Virus record (IMG/VR): IMGVR_UViG_3300037454_000146
Location: 1-64,000 of that record
DNA from: a virus
Direction: 5' to 3' (one strand)
Length of the DNA stretch: 64,000 nt
Both the position numbers and the translations under genes were made by a program. Positions 40,906 to 50,798 of the stretch are shown one piece after another. The notes below the pieces were generated by a model. That model saw only the letters and a program-made list of their open reading frames with translations, was not told where the DNA came from and ran no database searches. The number at the start of each line of letters is the position of its first letter. The stretch's first letter is position 1.

Positions 40906-42716
40906 ATGCCACCTCCCTCAATTCCTGTATTGTCGGGCAACCATGATGTTTGGGTTGCGTTTACTGTCATTGCCTCTGCGCTCAAAGGCATTGTAATACT
41001 ATTCACCACGAAAGTCGCGTGGTCAAGATTATACCTTTTGTCTGTTATGCCAATTGTGCGATTTACGTCCAAGTGCGGGATTATCGGGCAAGAGAACGTG
41101 ATTGACATTCCTTGCATTGCTTCCTTCATAAGCAGATAGTCCGCGTATGCCTTGCACCGCGCTTGCATTTCGGATTGTGGTACGTTCACGTATGGGATTT
41201 CAACGTCTGCCATGCGACGTATGCCCGCGCCATCAAGTCGCAAAGGTGACGCGGGATTATTGTTTGCCGCCGTGTACGACACGTTTTCGAGGTCGCTCTC
41301 GTTTGTGTAGACCGTAACGACGTTATAGCCATCGAGGTTAAAGTCCACGCTCGCGTTGCTGTACATATCGTCCTCATCTGAGAAGTCCCACTGGTGCGCC
41401 ATAAAGCGGTAGCCGTCTATGCGGCTTTCGTCCGCCATTACCTGAAAGCAGAAGTGTCCGTTGGTATTGTAGTACGCGTCCGCGCCGTAACCGTCAGCGA
41501 TAGAGCTGAAAAGCGTCGAGATGTAGTCGTTGCTGTTTATGGTGATTTCGTTCTGCGTGCGGATTCCGTCAAACTTTGTGCTTATTATGGGCGTTATTGG
41601 GTCTACGGGATATGCTGACGCGCCCGTCCTATGATTCAGATACGGGGAACTAAATTCGTTCCACATCAATGTGTCTTTAATAACGTTGGTCAACGTCGTG
41701 CCAGCCTCTACGATACAAGAGGTATCCAACATTCCCGTCTTAATCGTGCCGTCCAAAGCGCCGCCTTTGTCCACGCCTTGTATGCTTACCGTATCGCCGT
41801 CACACGTCGCCTTTTGTGTGTAGAACACGCCATAGCTCCACCAGTATGTTTTTTTGCCAACCTCTATGCCAAGCCACAATTTGAACTTGCGATTAAACCA
41901 TATCGCGCTATCTTGCGACGGCAGATACTTCTTTTCCACGTTAATGAGATTCAGCGAGCATGAGCGTCGTGTGATTTGTTCATTGTTTATTGTAACTTGC
42001 CCCGATGAGCCAAGAGATACGTCGCGGGTAATTTCACCAATGACGTTCTCGTAATAGCCGAGGAGTTCTACGCGAATCTTATAGCGGCGATGTTTTTGCC
42101 GTAAGGCATAGAGATATTCCGCATTGTACTCGTCGTAAAATTCGAGCGGGTCAACGGTCGGCGCGGGCGGAGGAGGAGGGGTATATTCTATATTGGGTTG
42201 CAACAAGTTGAAGGGATATCCGTTGTTCCACTCTTGACTTATTCGCCATAGCTGTGCAGGATACGGTGCTGTCATTGCAGGCTCGATGATGTCAGGCGCG
42301 TCAATCGGCACAGGATAGCCGTTTTCACCTATCTCAAAGGCTATTCCATCATCATACGTTACCTTACAACCTGTTATTTCGGAAGGCGTAATATTTGATG
42401 TGTCTGAATATTTTAAACACATTTTGAAATACATCGTGGTTTGATATGATGATAAATCAAATGTGTACGGTGAATTATACCAACCTATATCACAAGTATT
42501 TGGCGGAGATGTTGTTACATAGCCAACAAGGTCAACTTGAATAGTTTTCCCTGTCGATACTGTCGCACTGGCTGTGAGTTTTCTTCCGACAAAAGTCGCG
42601 GGGAGTTGTATATAATTAATAGAGCGGACACGAGTTGAAGATTCTGTTGGTATGCCGCTTGCGAGCGTTCCCTGTTCTATCCCATATGATAGCACATCAA
42701 TAGTTCTTATCGCCAC
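40902..42716 (-). CDS. baseplate/tail-tip structural protein (hub/Tal-like), with N-terminal add-on domain and poly-Pro linker
   Basis: PPPPPAP linker, then YKIRVELL...RRSCSLNLIN...KFKLWLGIE...YGVFYT, a pattern reminiscent of siphophage tail-tip N-terminal domains. GTG 42716 is better spaced from AGGAG than TTG 42725. Confidence 0.4.
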   Translation of the reverse strand: MAIRTIDVLSYGIEQGTLASGIPTESSTRVRSINYIQLPATFVGRKLTASATVSTGKTIQVDLVGYVTTSPPNTCDIGWYNSPYTFDLSSYQTTMYFKMCLKYSDTSNITPSEITGCKVTYDDGIAFEIGENGYPVPIDAPDIIEPAMTAPYPAQLWRISQEWNNGYPFNLLQPNIEYTPPPPPAPTVDPLEFYDEYNAEYLYALRQKHRRYKIRVELLGYYENVIGEITRDVSLGSSGQVTINNEQITRRSCSLNLINVEKKYLPSQDSAIWFNRKFKLWLGIEVGKKTYWWSYGVFYTQKATCDGDTVSIQGVDKGGALDGTIKTGMLDTSCIVEAGTTLTNVIKDTLMWNEFSSPYLNHRTGASAYPVDPITPIISTKFDGIRTQNEITINSNDYISTLFSSIADGYGADAYYNTNGHFCFQVMADESRIDGYRFMAHQWDFSDEDDMYSNASVDFNLDGYNVVTVYTNESDLENVSYTAANNNPASPLRLDGAGIRRMADVEIPYVNVPQSEMQARCKAYADYLLMKEAMQGMSITFSCPIIPHLDVNRTIGITDKRYNLDHATFVVNSITMPLSAEAMTVNATQTSWLPDNTGIEGGGI

Positions 42717-42717
42717 G

Positions 42718-43566
42718 TTACTCAACTCCTATCGGAAAGCCGACAGTATCGTGAAGATATTGTGCGTCCTTCATCTGTGCGGTTGTAAGGCTATATACAA
42801 CACCCGCGATTGTGGTTACAGGCAAGGCATTCTCAACGATATTCTTGCCCGAAGCGGTTGTGTAGCCCACTCCGCTTCCCTTGCCGATAACACAGCAGTT
42901 GTTGATGTTGTTGCCGAGATTAACTGCGATGTTTGCATTTTCTGCGGTGATATCGAACAATGTATTATCCCATGACCAATCCGTAAGTGCGACTTGCGGT
43001 GAGCAATTCAAGTATTTCACCCTTATATTACCATAATAAATAGTATTCTTATCATTATTCCCACTATACCGATTAACTAAGATTTTGCAGTTTCCCGTGC
43101 TTGTTTCGATATTTGCCGCAATTTTCTGCACATCAGCATTAATTCGCGGTGAATTCTGATACGCGGCTCGAATCAATGCCGCATTGTCAACGCGACCCGA
43201 AAAGCCAACATTTTTAACAATGTCTGCACCATTATTGGGGTTAATATCTATGGCATATCCGCCAGTCAGATATAGGTTTGTGAAGGAAATGTTTTTTATC
43301 CACCGTTCCACTTGTTGACCCGAGGGTGTCGCAAGGGTAATTGCCGCGCTATCCGTTCCCGAATGGCAGAGGTTGTTTATCGCATACCCTTTGCCATCAA
43401 GTGTGTGTGTGTTTGTGGTTGATACTGTTACATTTCCCTCGGGAGCTTCAATATCATTCGCAAGCTCAATATAGTTTTCTGACACTCCGTCGAATGCCTC
43501 TAACAGCTCACTCCAATCATGGACGATGTAGGGGTCTGAGCTTGTTCCGCTTCCGCCTAATGCCAT
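42718..43566 (-). CDS. tail spike-like protein (probable beta-helix), paralog 2
   Basis: N-terminus GGSGTSSDPYIVHDWSELLEAF, shared with the upstream paralog. N/G/I-rich repeats. Confidence 0.45.
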   Translation of the reverse strand: MALGGSGTSSDPYIVHDWSELLEAFDGVSENYIELANDIEAPEGNVTVSTTNTHTLDGKGYAINNLCHSGTDSAAITLATPSGQQVERWIKNISFTNLYLTGGYAIDINPNNGADIVKNVGFSGRVDNAALIRAAYQNSPRINADVQKIAANIETSTGNCKILVNRYSGNNDKNTIYYGNIRVKYLNCSPQVALTDWSWDNTLFDITAENANIAVNLGNNINNCCVIGKGSGVGYTTASGKNIVENALPVTTIAGVVYSLTTAQMKDAQYLHDTVGFPIGVE

Positions 43567-43579
43567 ATAATCCCTCCTT

Positions 43580-44707
43580 TCATTCTATTAGCGTGCCGCC
43601 TGTGATTAACATACCAGACTTAAATGACGTACTGTAATAAGTACAACTTGTCGGCAACGTAGCTCTATCAAGTTGATTTATTGAAAAAGAGTATCGCCCA
43701 ATTGAATTTGTGGTCATGGGGAATATGCAATCCTCGTCGCCGATTTCTCTAAGTTGAACATTGCCATTAAAAGCACCAAGACGATTTATCGTTATCCAAT
43801 CAGATTGCCATAATTCATTCGCGTCAAACTCCCACGGGCTGTCACCGCCAGTTGTGAAACCAGCATTATTCAAAGCCGTTTCGTCAGCCAGCGTTGCTGA
43901 ATCAAGCCCTGTCCAACTGGTTGTACCGACAGTAAATGTCATTTTGTCTGAATTATAAAACGCCGCCGCATCGGGGACGGGTTGGTCAGGATAACTATCC
44001 CATCTCGCAGTAGGTGTGTCCGCCTTTAAATCAATCAGTGAATCGGGATAAGTTGTATCGCCAACCTGTTTTACGGTGTCGTAAATCGAAAGCCACGTTG
44101 AGCATTTTGCAATACCCTTAATGGTACTCGCGTTAAGGTCAATTCTGTCAAGCTGTCCACATTGGCAATCCCAATCAAGATATATTTCGCAATTGTTGAG
44201 CCGCACATGATTTGCTTGTCCGCCCCCTAAGAAATACACAAATCGAGATTTACCCTTAAACTCCATTTGGCAATTGGTTAGCGTAAAATTCTGCAAATAC
44301 GCCTTAGATAGCATATACACGTCAGCGGTAGAACCACCCTTAAACTGACAAGTTACACGCAAATTCTCCGCGTCATTTTCGAGCTCAATGATTGAAAGAA
44401 CCTCGTTCACAAATAATCCGTCGATATAAAGCCCCTCGACCGTCCCCTTGAAGTTTATAGCCTTGGTACTAAACTTATTGCCGAAAATTACCAAATGCCT
44501 CCAATGTGCGTCGTTGCCTATAATGTTAGGGTAAATAACCAATCCCGTATTCGTCGTAAAACCTTGCGGGTAAACGTGCCCGAAATTGATAGTGGTACGA
44601 TTTGCAAATTTCACGTAACTGCCAATATTATCGACGACATTATACTCCGAAAATTCGTCCCAATTATTAACAACCCAAGGGTCAACTTGTGTTCCGCTTC
44701 CAGCCAT
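43580..44707 (-). CDS. tail spike-like protein (probable beta-helix), paralog 1
   Basis: N-terminus AGSGTQVDPWVVNNWDEFSEY. AAGGAGG RBS. Confidence 0.45.
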   Translation of the reverse strand: MAGSGTQVDPWVVNNWDEFSEYNVVDNIGSYVKFANRTTINFGHVYPQGFTTNTGLVIYPNIIGNDAHWRHLVIFGNKFSTKAINFKGTVEGLYIDGLFVNEVLSIIELENDAENLRVTCQFKGGSTADVYMLSKAYLQNFTLTNCQMEFKGKSRFVYFLGGGQANHVRLNNCEIYLDWDCQCGQLDRIDLNASTIKGIAKCSTWLSIYDTVKQVGDTTYPDSLIDLKADTPTARWDSYPDQPVPDAAAFYNSDKMTFTVGTTSWTGLDSATLADETALNNAGFTTGGDSPWEFDANELWQSDWITINRLGAFNGNVQLREIGDEDCIFPMTTNSIGRYSFSINQLDRATLPTSCTYYSTSFKSGMLITGGTLIE

Positions 44708-44719
44708 AACATCGCCTCC

Positions 44720-46708
44720 TTATTCAATAATCTGTATGTTATCGGGCAAGCATACGGTATTAATGTTTGCCTCATAAAACGCTGTCGAACATATCTGAGT
44801 GACTATTTTACCATTAAGTGTATTAGGAATCTGCGGATTCTTATAATTACCAATATATGCAATAATGATAGCTTTGCCATTTTCAATTGTATAAATATAA
44901 TCCGCTTCGCTTGTCGGGTCGTACTCGTCGGGTATATCACGAGCACAACGATACTGCTCAGAATCTTCAAATATAGATGTGTCGCCGCCGCTTTGTGCGA
45001 GATAATACTCAATCTGAATATTATCAACGTCCGCACATTCAGCCCACGAGAACGTGAAACGTGTCGGTATTTTGTAATAATCTTCCTGATATTCCACAGA
45101 TGGACTCTCCACTATATTGACAACCCAAACGTCGCCCTTTTGCGATTTTAACAAGAACGGGTGAGGGGCGGAGATAAACTCGCGCCAAGCCCTTACAAGA
45201 GAAATGTCATCGTGATATTTGTGGTCGCAACAATTGAAATATCCAACATAACCCGATAGCGTACCAGTCATGTAGTTGACCTCTGTCGAGGACATGGTGG
45301 TATATTTACTATATCCGACCTGAAGAACGTTGCCAAGATTCTGCGCAACCGTTGTGTTTTCTATATCACATATAAACTTCCAAGTATCTGTGAGCGTGTA
45401 ACTGTTTTCGCCATTAGGCTCAAGGGCTGAAATGAAATATCCGTCAAAATTCGTCTTGACATTACAGTGGCTTATGCTACGCAGATAAGGTTGACCCGTT
45501 GTTGCATTATAAGGAATTGTAGTATATTCATAATTGCCTTTAGTAGAAACCTTGAAGTCAAATTGAACTTCTTTGCCAGTTAAGCGCACGGTTTTGCCTG
45601 TATTGAGGTCTGTACGATAATATCGAGTGCTTCCACCCGCATTGTTCTTATCGTAACAACAACCATAGCCGTTAATAGGATGCCATACGTGAGTAATTTC
45701 GATGGGCGAGTAGTCGTCAATTCCTTCTATATCAATCATCGTATATGCGGAATAAGTTACGTTATCCTGAGTAACCATATCGCAAACCACACGATAATAC
45801 ACCTTGGATATATCTTCGCCTTCATCATCTATAAATCTGGCAAAACAATTCTTGAATAAGTATTCCAATCTCTGAGAGAATATTTTACCCGATTTCTCAA
45901 TCTCGATAGCTGAAGCCGATTCTGTATCACTCGTTTGTGCATAGAGCGTCATCTCATAATACTTTATAGGCGTGTTATTTGCCTGTGAGTAAGCGCCTGT
46001 AACATACAAACTATCATCAGGATTATGTTGATACCCTAATTCGAGCGTCAAACTCGGCAGAGCACGGCACATGAAATAATATTGCGGGCTGATAAGATAA
46101 TTTGAATATATTTGATAGCGTGCGCCCGTAGTCGGCAAATTCGTGAACGCCGAGTCTATCGTGACCGCGCCATACTGGTCGTATGTGTCCGCTGGCAGAT
46201 AATTCTCGATAAACCGCCTCTCGCCGTTTATCTCTATCACCATGCCAGCCATCACCACATCGTCAACCTTCGTGGGGTAATACTTGCCGTCGTTGCCGTT
46301 ATAGCCCCACTCATACAGCGGCAAATGTTTGTCAATGAAAAGCACCGTGGGACTGCCCGAGCCGCCGCTCTGAATAGACCCGCGACATACGGGAATGTCG
46401 TACAAATTATTCTCGCCCGCAAGGTCGCGTTGCGCCATCATCACTTGCCACACGTAGTCGTGACCGTCCGTAAGCCCTTGTGCGCTGGTCGCCATTGTTA
46501 TTTGGTCGCCGTTAAACGCGGGACAACCGCCGTGGCTTTCCATTGCTTCGCCCCAATAGCCAATACCGATTTTTTCGCCAGTCGCCATATCCGTCGCTTT
46601 AATGTTGTAGTACGAGAGCCTGTCTCCGTTGAACGTGAAGGACATAACCGTTGAGTTCGCAGGTTTCGCCGTGTTCTCAGGACTTACATTTGTTGGGTAT
46701 TGTAGCAA
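44720..46708 (-). CDS. tail structural protein following the tape measure (Dit-position), with BspA-type LRR-like C-terminal tip
   Basis: First gene after TMP. TTG 46708 is 7 nt after GGAGG. C-terminal IAYIGNYKNPQIPNTLNGKIVTQICSTAFYEANINTVCLPDNIQ resembles one LRR_5 unit. Confidence 0.4.
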   Translation of the reverse strand: MLQYPTNVSPENTAKPANSTVMSFTFNGDRLSYYNIKATDMATGEKIGIGYWGEAMESHGGCPAFNGDQITMATSAQGLTDGHDYVWQVMMAQRDLAGENNLYDIPVCRGSIQSGGSGSPTVLFIDKHLPLYEWGYNGNDGKYYPTKVDDVVMAGMVIEINGERRFIENYLPADTYDQYGAVTIDSAFTNLPTTGARYQIYSNYLISPQYYFMCRALPSLTLELGYQHNPDDSLYVTGAYSQANNTPIKYYEMTLYAQTSDTESASAIEIEKSGKIFSQRLEYLFKNCFARFIDDEGEDISKVYYRVVCDMVTQDNVTYSAYTMIDIEGIDDYSPIEITHVWHPINGYGCCYDKNNAGGSTRYYRTDLNTGKTVRLTGKEVQFDFKVSTKGNYEYTTIPYNATTGQPYLRSISHCNVKTNFDGYFISALEPNGENSYTLTDTWKFICDIENTTVAQNLGNVLQVGYSKYTTMSSTEVNYMTGTLSGYVGYFNCCDHKYHDDISLVRAWREFISAPHPFLLKSQKGDVWVVNIVESPSVEYQEDYYKIPTRFTFSWAECADVDNIQIEYYLAQSGGDTSIFEDSEQYRCARDIPDEYDPTSEADYIYTIENGKAIIIAYIGNYKNPQIPNTLNGKIVTQICSTAFYEANINTVCLPDNIQIIE

Positions 46709-46762
46709 GTTACCGCCTCCTTTCATATAGTTTAGGCGCACACCGAAGTATGCGCCTGTTAG

Positions 46763-49700
46763 TTATCTGCGCGGCTTGAATACCTGACTTTCGGTCAGAA
46801 CCGTCTGCATATAGGATTCCATTTGTCTCGCGAATTGCTCCGCGTTCTGTACGTTGGGGAGATTGATTACTGTGCCGTTAAATGTGACCGCGTTTGCCGT
46901 GTCGGATTTCTTGCCCAAATTCTGTGCGATTCGCATATTGCCCGTAATAGCAGAAGGTGTTAGCGCGGGAGAGTTGTGTAGCGCATTATAGAGCTTTGCC
47001 GCATCGGTCGAATTGAGCACGAGCTCGGGGCGTTGCTTTGTTCCGTGGAGCATTGCAAGTCCCGTATAAGTATTCACTCCGCCGTCTGCGTATGCGCCTA
47101 TTTTTCGTAAATATGCGTCCCAAGCCGAATTAACATCTTGATTATACTTAGACAAATCTTCTTTAACGATAGCTCTCCTAATACCATATTCGTCTACCTC
47201 TAACCTATCAAGTCTCTTTTCAATATCGTCTATGCGGTTGTCATAAGAAGAATAGTCCATACCCGCAACAGACTCATTGAGTTCATCTTGGGCTTGAGTT
47301 AATTTGCTTATGATAGTCGAATACTTTTTATAAAACGAATCAAGATTTCGAGCCATATCGCCCTCGTCACTACCCATGCTTAATGAAATATTGTAGGCTT
47401 CTTTATAAAAATCTTGAACCGAGTCTTTGGCTTCTTTCGCAACATTTTGCACCTTAGATTTGTATTCTTGCCATTTCTTAATTTCTTTATCAACGGCTGC
47501 AATCTGTTTGTTTGAGGCTTCGATACTCTTATTTACAGCCACCATTTCTACATTAGAAACACGACTGAGCTCGTCGGCATACTTATCATATTCCGTTTCG
47601 TAATCATTAAGAATATCTAAGTCCTGCTCGGCAATCTTATCACGCCAATCAGCACCAAGTATCTGCTCGGCAAGTCGCTCATCTTCTGCTTTTTGCCTTT
47701 TTTGAGTAACACCTTCCCATTGTTTCAGATATTCCTCTAAGACCTTAATATCTTGATTAGCTTGCGCCTTATCTACTTCCCGTTGAGCCTTATCAATATC
47801 TGACTTCTTAGCCTCATACTGCCAACCGCCCGCTTCTGTATAGGTACGAACTTTCTTGTTTTTAGCATTTTCGAGATTTGCAAGTTTCTCCGCGAGGTCA
47901 AGAGCTTCTTCACGCTCCTCGTTCTGCTCCTTAATTGCTTCAATCTGTTCCTTGATAGCGTTTTGAACGGTATTTGCAACCTTTTCGTAATTCTCAGTAA
48001 TTTCTTCGAGAGCGTCTTTCTGTTCCTGCAAGACCGTGAGTTGCTCCTCCATTGCTTCTTTAGAGGCTTCAATAGCAGATTTTTCAGCTTCATAACCCTC
48101 TATAACGGAATCAATTTTGTATTCCTGTGCCTTTAAAAGAGTGTCCGCTTCTTCATTGAGTTCTTTAGTAAGATTGTTAAGCGCTTGCTGACGGTCTACT
48201 GTGTCACCAAGACTTCCGTTGTAATATTGCAACACAACATTATTGCGATCCCAATCCTCTCCAATCTCAACAACTTTTTGTTCTGCCGTCTCTAACTGAT
48301 TCTGCAATTCAACGTATTGATAATAGTTAGGATTGTGAGAGTTTTTACGCATTTCAGACCACGTGTTCATTTCAGCCCGAATTGAAGCTACTTCTTCTTG
48401 CGCGGCTTTTTTAGCATTAAGCAACTCAATTTGTTTGAGCTCTATAGATTGAATTTGTTTTTGAATATAAGCATCTTTCAGGTCAATAAGTTGTTGCTCT
48501 GTGACTTTAAATTGTCCACTAATACTATCAAAACTTGCAGGACTTAAATATTTAGTGCCTAATTCGTCATCCAACTTATACAAGTCCATAAATGCATCTC
48601 TGTCAATACCGTTGCCATTAGCAAGCGTCTGAAGTGCTGACTTCATAGCGTCGATATTCTTTAACGTCGTTTTCTTTAATTCGTCATAGCTTTCATACCA
48701 AGCCTCAGACATACTTTCGATTGCTGTAATTGCACCAGAAGCTCCTGTTTCAAAGGAAGAAAACAATGAATCTACGTCTTGTTGCAAAGAAGGATAGTCT
48801 GCCCCAATTTTATTTAGCTCTTGCCTAATCTCATCAAGGCTTTGCGCCGCTTGTCTCTTTTTTATAGTGGTATTATCACCCGCAATAACGTGATTTAATT
48901 CTTTGGCTTTATCAATCAAAGAATTGTAATTATCTAATACGTCTTGTGGAACTTCAAACGAATTATAATATTTGGTTTGACGCTCCATTTGGTCGGCATC
49001 GGCTTTATCAACTTCATATTTTGCTCTTGCCGCTACGTATTGCGCCATTAAGCCCTTATAAATATCTTCGTCATATCCGTCGATTTCTTTATAAGTGTCG
49101 GCTATTTTTTTCCAGCCCTCAACTTGCTCCTCTAAAGTACCCATAACTGCAATGTCAGCTTCTTTGCCCCACATATCAGTAGCTATATGGTCAAAAGCAA
49201 CCCCTGTGTCATGGAACAGCTTTAACATATTAGACAAGTCGGTTGTTGTATCGGCTTTTATCTTTGCACGATAAAATTGAGTTGAATCAGAATCGGCAAT
49301 TCTTGCATTTTTGTCAGTACCCTCAAGCGATTCAACGGCTTGTTTGTACCTCTTTTGATTTTCGGTATCGAAAATGTAATCTTCAACCTTTTCTTTTTTT
49401 AACTGTCTTATCTTTTCAATTTCTTCCGATAATTTGCCATTAACCAAATCAATACCCTCGGCTTCTTCGCCATATTTGGATATTAATTCGCCTTGCATTG
49501 AAGATAATTCCTTTTGGATTCCAACTAAATCATCTGTAGAAGTATAAAGTTGAAGGTATCTATCCATTATTGAATCTAACGAATTGATTTCCTCGCCCAT
49601 AGCCTCTATAGATTGATGACCAGAATCGCGCAACTCTTTTGCGGCTTCAGCAGCTTTTTCTTCTGCGTGATACCACTCGTCAATTTGTTTAACAACTAAT

Positions 49701-49996
49701 GATAAAGCATAACTTAACCCAAATGATATAGCCGCATTAAGAGCTGCGGTTGCAACTTGTAATGCAATAGTCTTAGCACGAGCAACCACGAGGGATTTGA
49801 CATACCCGCCCATTGTTGCTTCTGCACCATTAAGCCCTGATAGATAATTTTTTAGTCCGACATTCGAGCCGCTAATCTCATCATCAAAAGCCTCTTGGAC
49901 ATATTTAGCTTTATTAAGAGAATAGTTATAATCGTCTAAACTCGTTGTTATCTTCTTTATATCATTGCCAAATTTACTAATGTCAGAACCGAATAT
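46763..49996 (-). CDS. tail tape measure protein, exon 2 (1077 codons + stop)
   Basis: Long coiled-coil protein with hydrophobic segment AALNAAISFGLSYALSLVV. No RBS before the tracked ATG 49999. Joined in frame to exon 1 by the proposed splice. Confidence 0.7.
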   Translation of the reverse strand: MFGSDISKFGNDIKKITTSLDDYNYSLNKAKYVQEAFDDEISGSNVGLKNYLSGLNGAEATMGGYVKSLVVARAKTIALQVATAALNAAISFGLSYALSLVVKQIDEWYHAEEKAAEAAKELRDSGHQSIEAMGEEINSLDSIMDRYLQLYTSTDDLVGIQKELSSMQGELISKYGEEAEGIDLVNGKLSEEIEKIRQLKKEKVEDYIFDTENQKRYKQAVESLEGTDKNARIADSDSTQFYRAKIKADTTTDLSNMLKLFHDTGVAFDHIATDMWGKEADIAVMGTLEEQVEGWKKIADTYKEIDGYDEDIYKGLMAQYVAARAKYEVDKADADQMERQTKYYNSFEVPQDVLDNYNSLIDKAKELNHVIAGDNTTIKKRQAAQSLDEIRQELNKIGADYPSLQQDVDSLFSSFETGASGAITAIESMSEAWYESYDELKKTTLKNIDAMKSALQTLANGNGIDRDAFMDLYKLDDELGTKYLSPASFDSISGQFKVTEQQLIDLKDAYIQKQIQSIELKQIELLNAKKAAQEEVASIRAEMNTWSEMRKNSHNPNYYQYVELQNQLETAEQKVVEIGEDWDRNNVVLQYYNGSLGDTVDRQQALNNLTKELNEEADTLLKAQEYKIDSVIEGYEAEKSAIEASKEAMEEQLTVLQEQKDALEEITENYEKVANTVQNAIKEQIEAIKEQNEEREEALDLAEKLANLENAKNKKVRTYTEAGGWQYEAKKSDIDKAQREVDKAQANQDIKVLEEYLKQWEGVTQKRQKAEDERLAEQILGADWRDKIAEQDLDILNDYETEYDKYADELSRVSNVEMVAVNKSIEASNKQIAAVDKEIKKWQEYKSKVQNVAKEAKDSVQDFYKEAYNISLSMGSDEGDMARNLDSFYKKYSTIISKLTQAQDELNESVAGMDYSSYDNRIDDIEKRLDRLEVDEYGIRRAIVKEDLSKYNQDVNSAWDAYLRKIGAYADGGVNTYTGLAMLHGTKQRPELVLNSTDAAKLYNALHNSPALTPSAITGNMRIAQNLGKKSDTANAVTFNGTVINLPNVQNAEQFARQMESYMQTVLTESQVFKPRR

Positions 49997-50033
49997 CATA
50001 TATTAAAAATCGTTTTTTTATTTGATTTTTAAC

Positions 50034-50062
50034 TTGACAAATTAGAAAATATTTGTTATAAT
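50034..50062 (+). promoter_or_regulatory. sigma-A type promoter P4 (TTGACA-17-TGtTATAAT)
   Basis: Same family as P1-P3. Lies inside the intron, antisense to it. Confidence 0.7.
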
Positions 50063-50087
50063 ATAATAGAAGAAAGGGGTTGATGTT

Positions 50088-50603
50088 ATGAAAAATAATC
50101 TTATCAACGAAATTAAAAAATATTCAATCGCAGATTTAAAGATTATATTAGACACTCAACAAGATTTATATACCATTGACGAGATGAACATTATTAGAGA
50201 TTATTATGAAAAGTGTAAAAATGAATACATATCTAAGCACACACCAAAGCTAATCCCTTGCCCTAAATGTGACGCGCAAAATGATTTTAATTCTACAACT
50301 TGCACATATTGTGGTCAACCTATAAACAACAAACCTTATTTAGATAGAATATGCAACGAAATGCTTGGGATTATAACCGCAGAAGATGTGAAAGACGACA
50401 ACGATGATTATAATGGCAAATCCCCCTCGTTCTTATTCCAGTATATAATCAGCTTCATAATACCTCTTATTGGTTTAATTGTAGGTGGCGTGTTTATTGC
50501 AAGCGATGACGAAGATAAGAACGCGTCGGGCAAGATTTGTATTGCGATTAGCATTATATCTATCATTGTAAGCACCACTCTATATGTTTTAATATCAAAA
50601 TAA
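50088..50603 (+). CDS. zinc-ribbon + two-TM membrane protein (moron)
   Basis: CPKCDAQNDF..CTYCGQP, then FLFQYIISFIIPLIGLIVGGVFIA and ICIAISIISIIVSTTLYVLI. Has its own promoter. Confidence 0.6.
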   Translation: MKNNLINEIKKYSIADLKIILDTQQDLYTIDEMNIIRDYYEKCKNEYISKHTPKLIPCPKCDAQNDFNSTTCTYCGQPINNKPYLDRICNEMLGIITAEDVKDDNDDYNGKSPSFLFQYIISFIIPLIGLIVGGVFIASDDEDKNASGKICIAISIISIIVSTTLYVLISK

Positions 50604-50607
50604 CCTC

Positions 50608-50636
50608 TTGACAAAATCTCTTGCTTGTGCTATAAT
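50608..50636 (+). promoter_or_regulatory. sigma-A type promoter P5 (TTGACA-17-TGcTATAAT)
   Basis: Same family. Drives the repeat RNA + toxin unit. Confidence 0.7.
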
Positions 50637-50640
50637 AACC

Positions 50641-50755
50641 TTGCGGAGCAATCCGCACCGTGTCGTGTCGCTCCCGATTAGCGTCTAATAAATCATCGGA
50701 TATGAATGTTTGTCGCTCTCTGATATGCGACTAATAAATCGTCAGACTCAAATCT
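50641..50755 (+). ncRNA. putative type III antitoxin RNA: 5' GNRA hairpin + 2 (plus a partial) x 45-nt repeats
   Basis: Units 50666-50710 and 50711-50755 both start TGTCGCTC and share CTAATAAATC. The internal stem covaries (CCGAT/ATCGG vs TCTGA/TCAGA). Confidence 0.6.
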
Positions 50756-50781
50756 AAAGCCTTGCCTAATCGCAGGGCTTT
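50756..50781 (+). terminator. attenuator-type hairpin between repeats and toxin gene
   Basis: AAGCCTTGC / GCAGGGCTT stem (one G.U) with a 6-nt CTAATC loop. Weak T-tract, as expected for a leaky terminator. Confidence 0.5.
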
Positions 50782-50798
50782 ACTATTAGGAGTATTTT

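Noticed and set aside
44495-46654. Plus-strand ORFs 44495..45151 and 46112..46654.
   Set aside because: They are antisense to well-supported tail genes, with no RBS and compositionally biased (I/N/R-rich, R/H/V-rich) translations.
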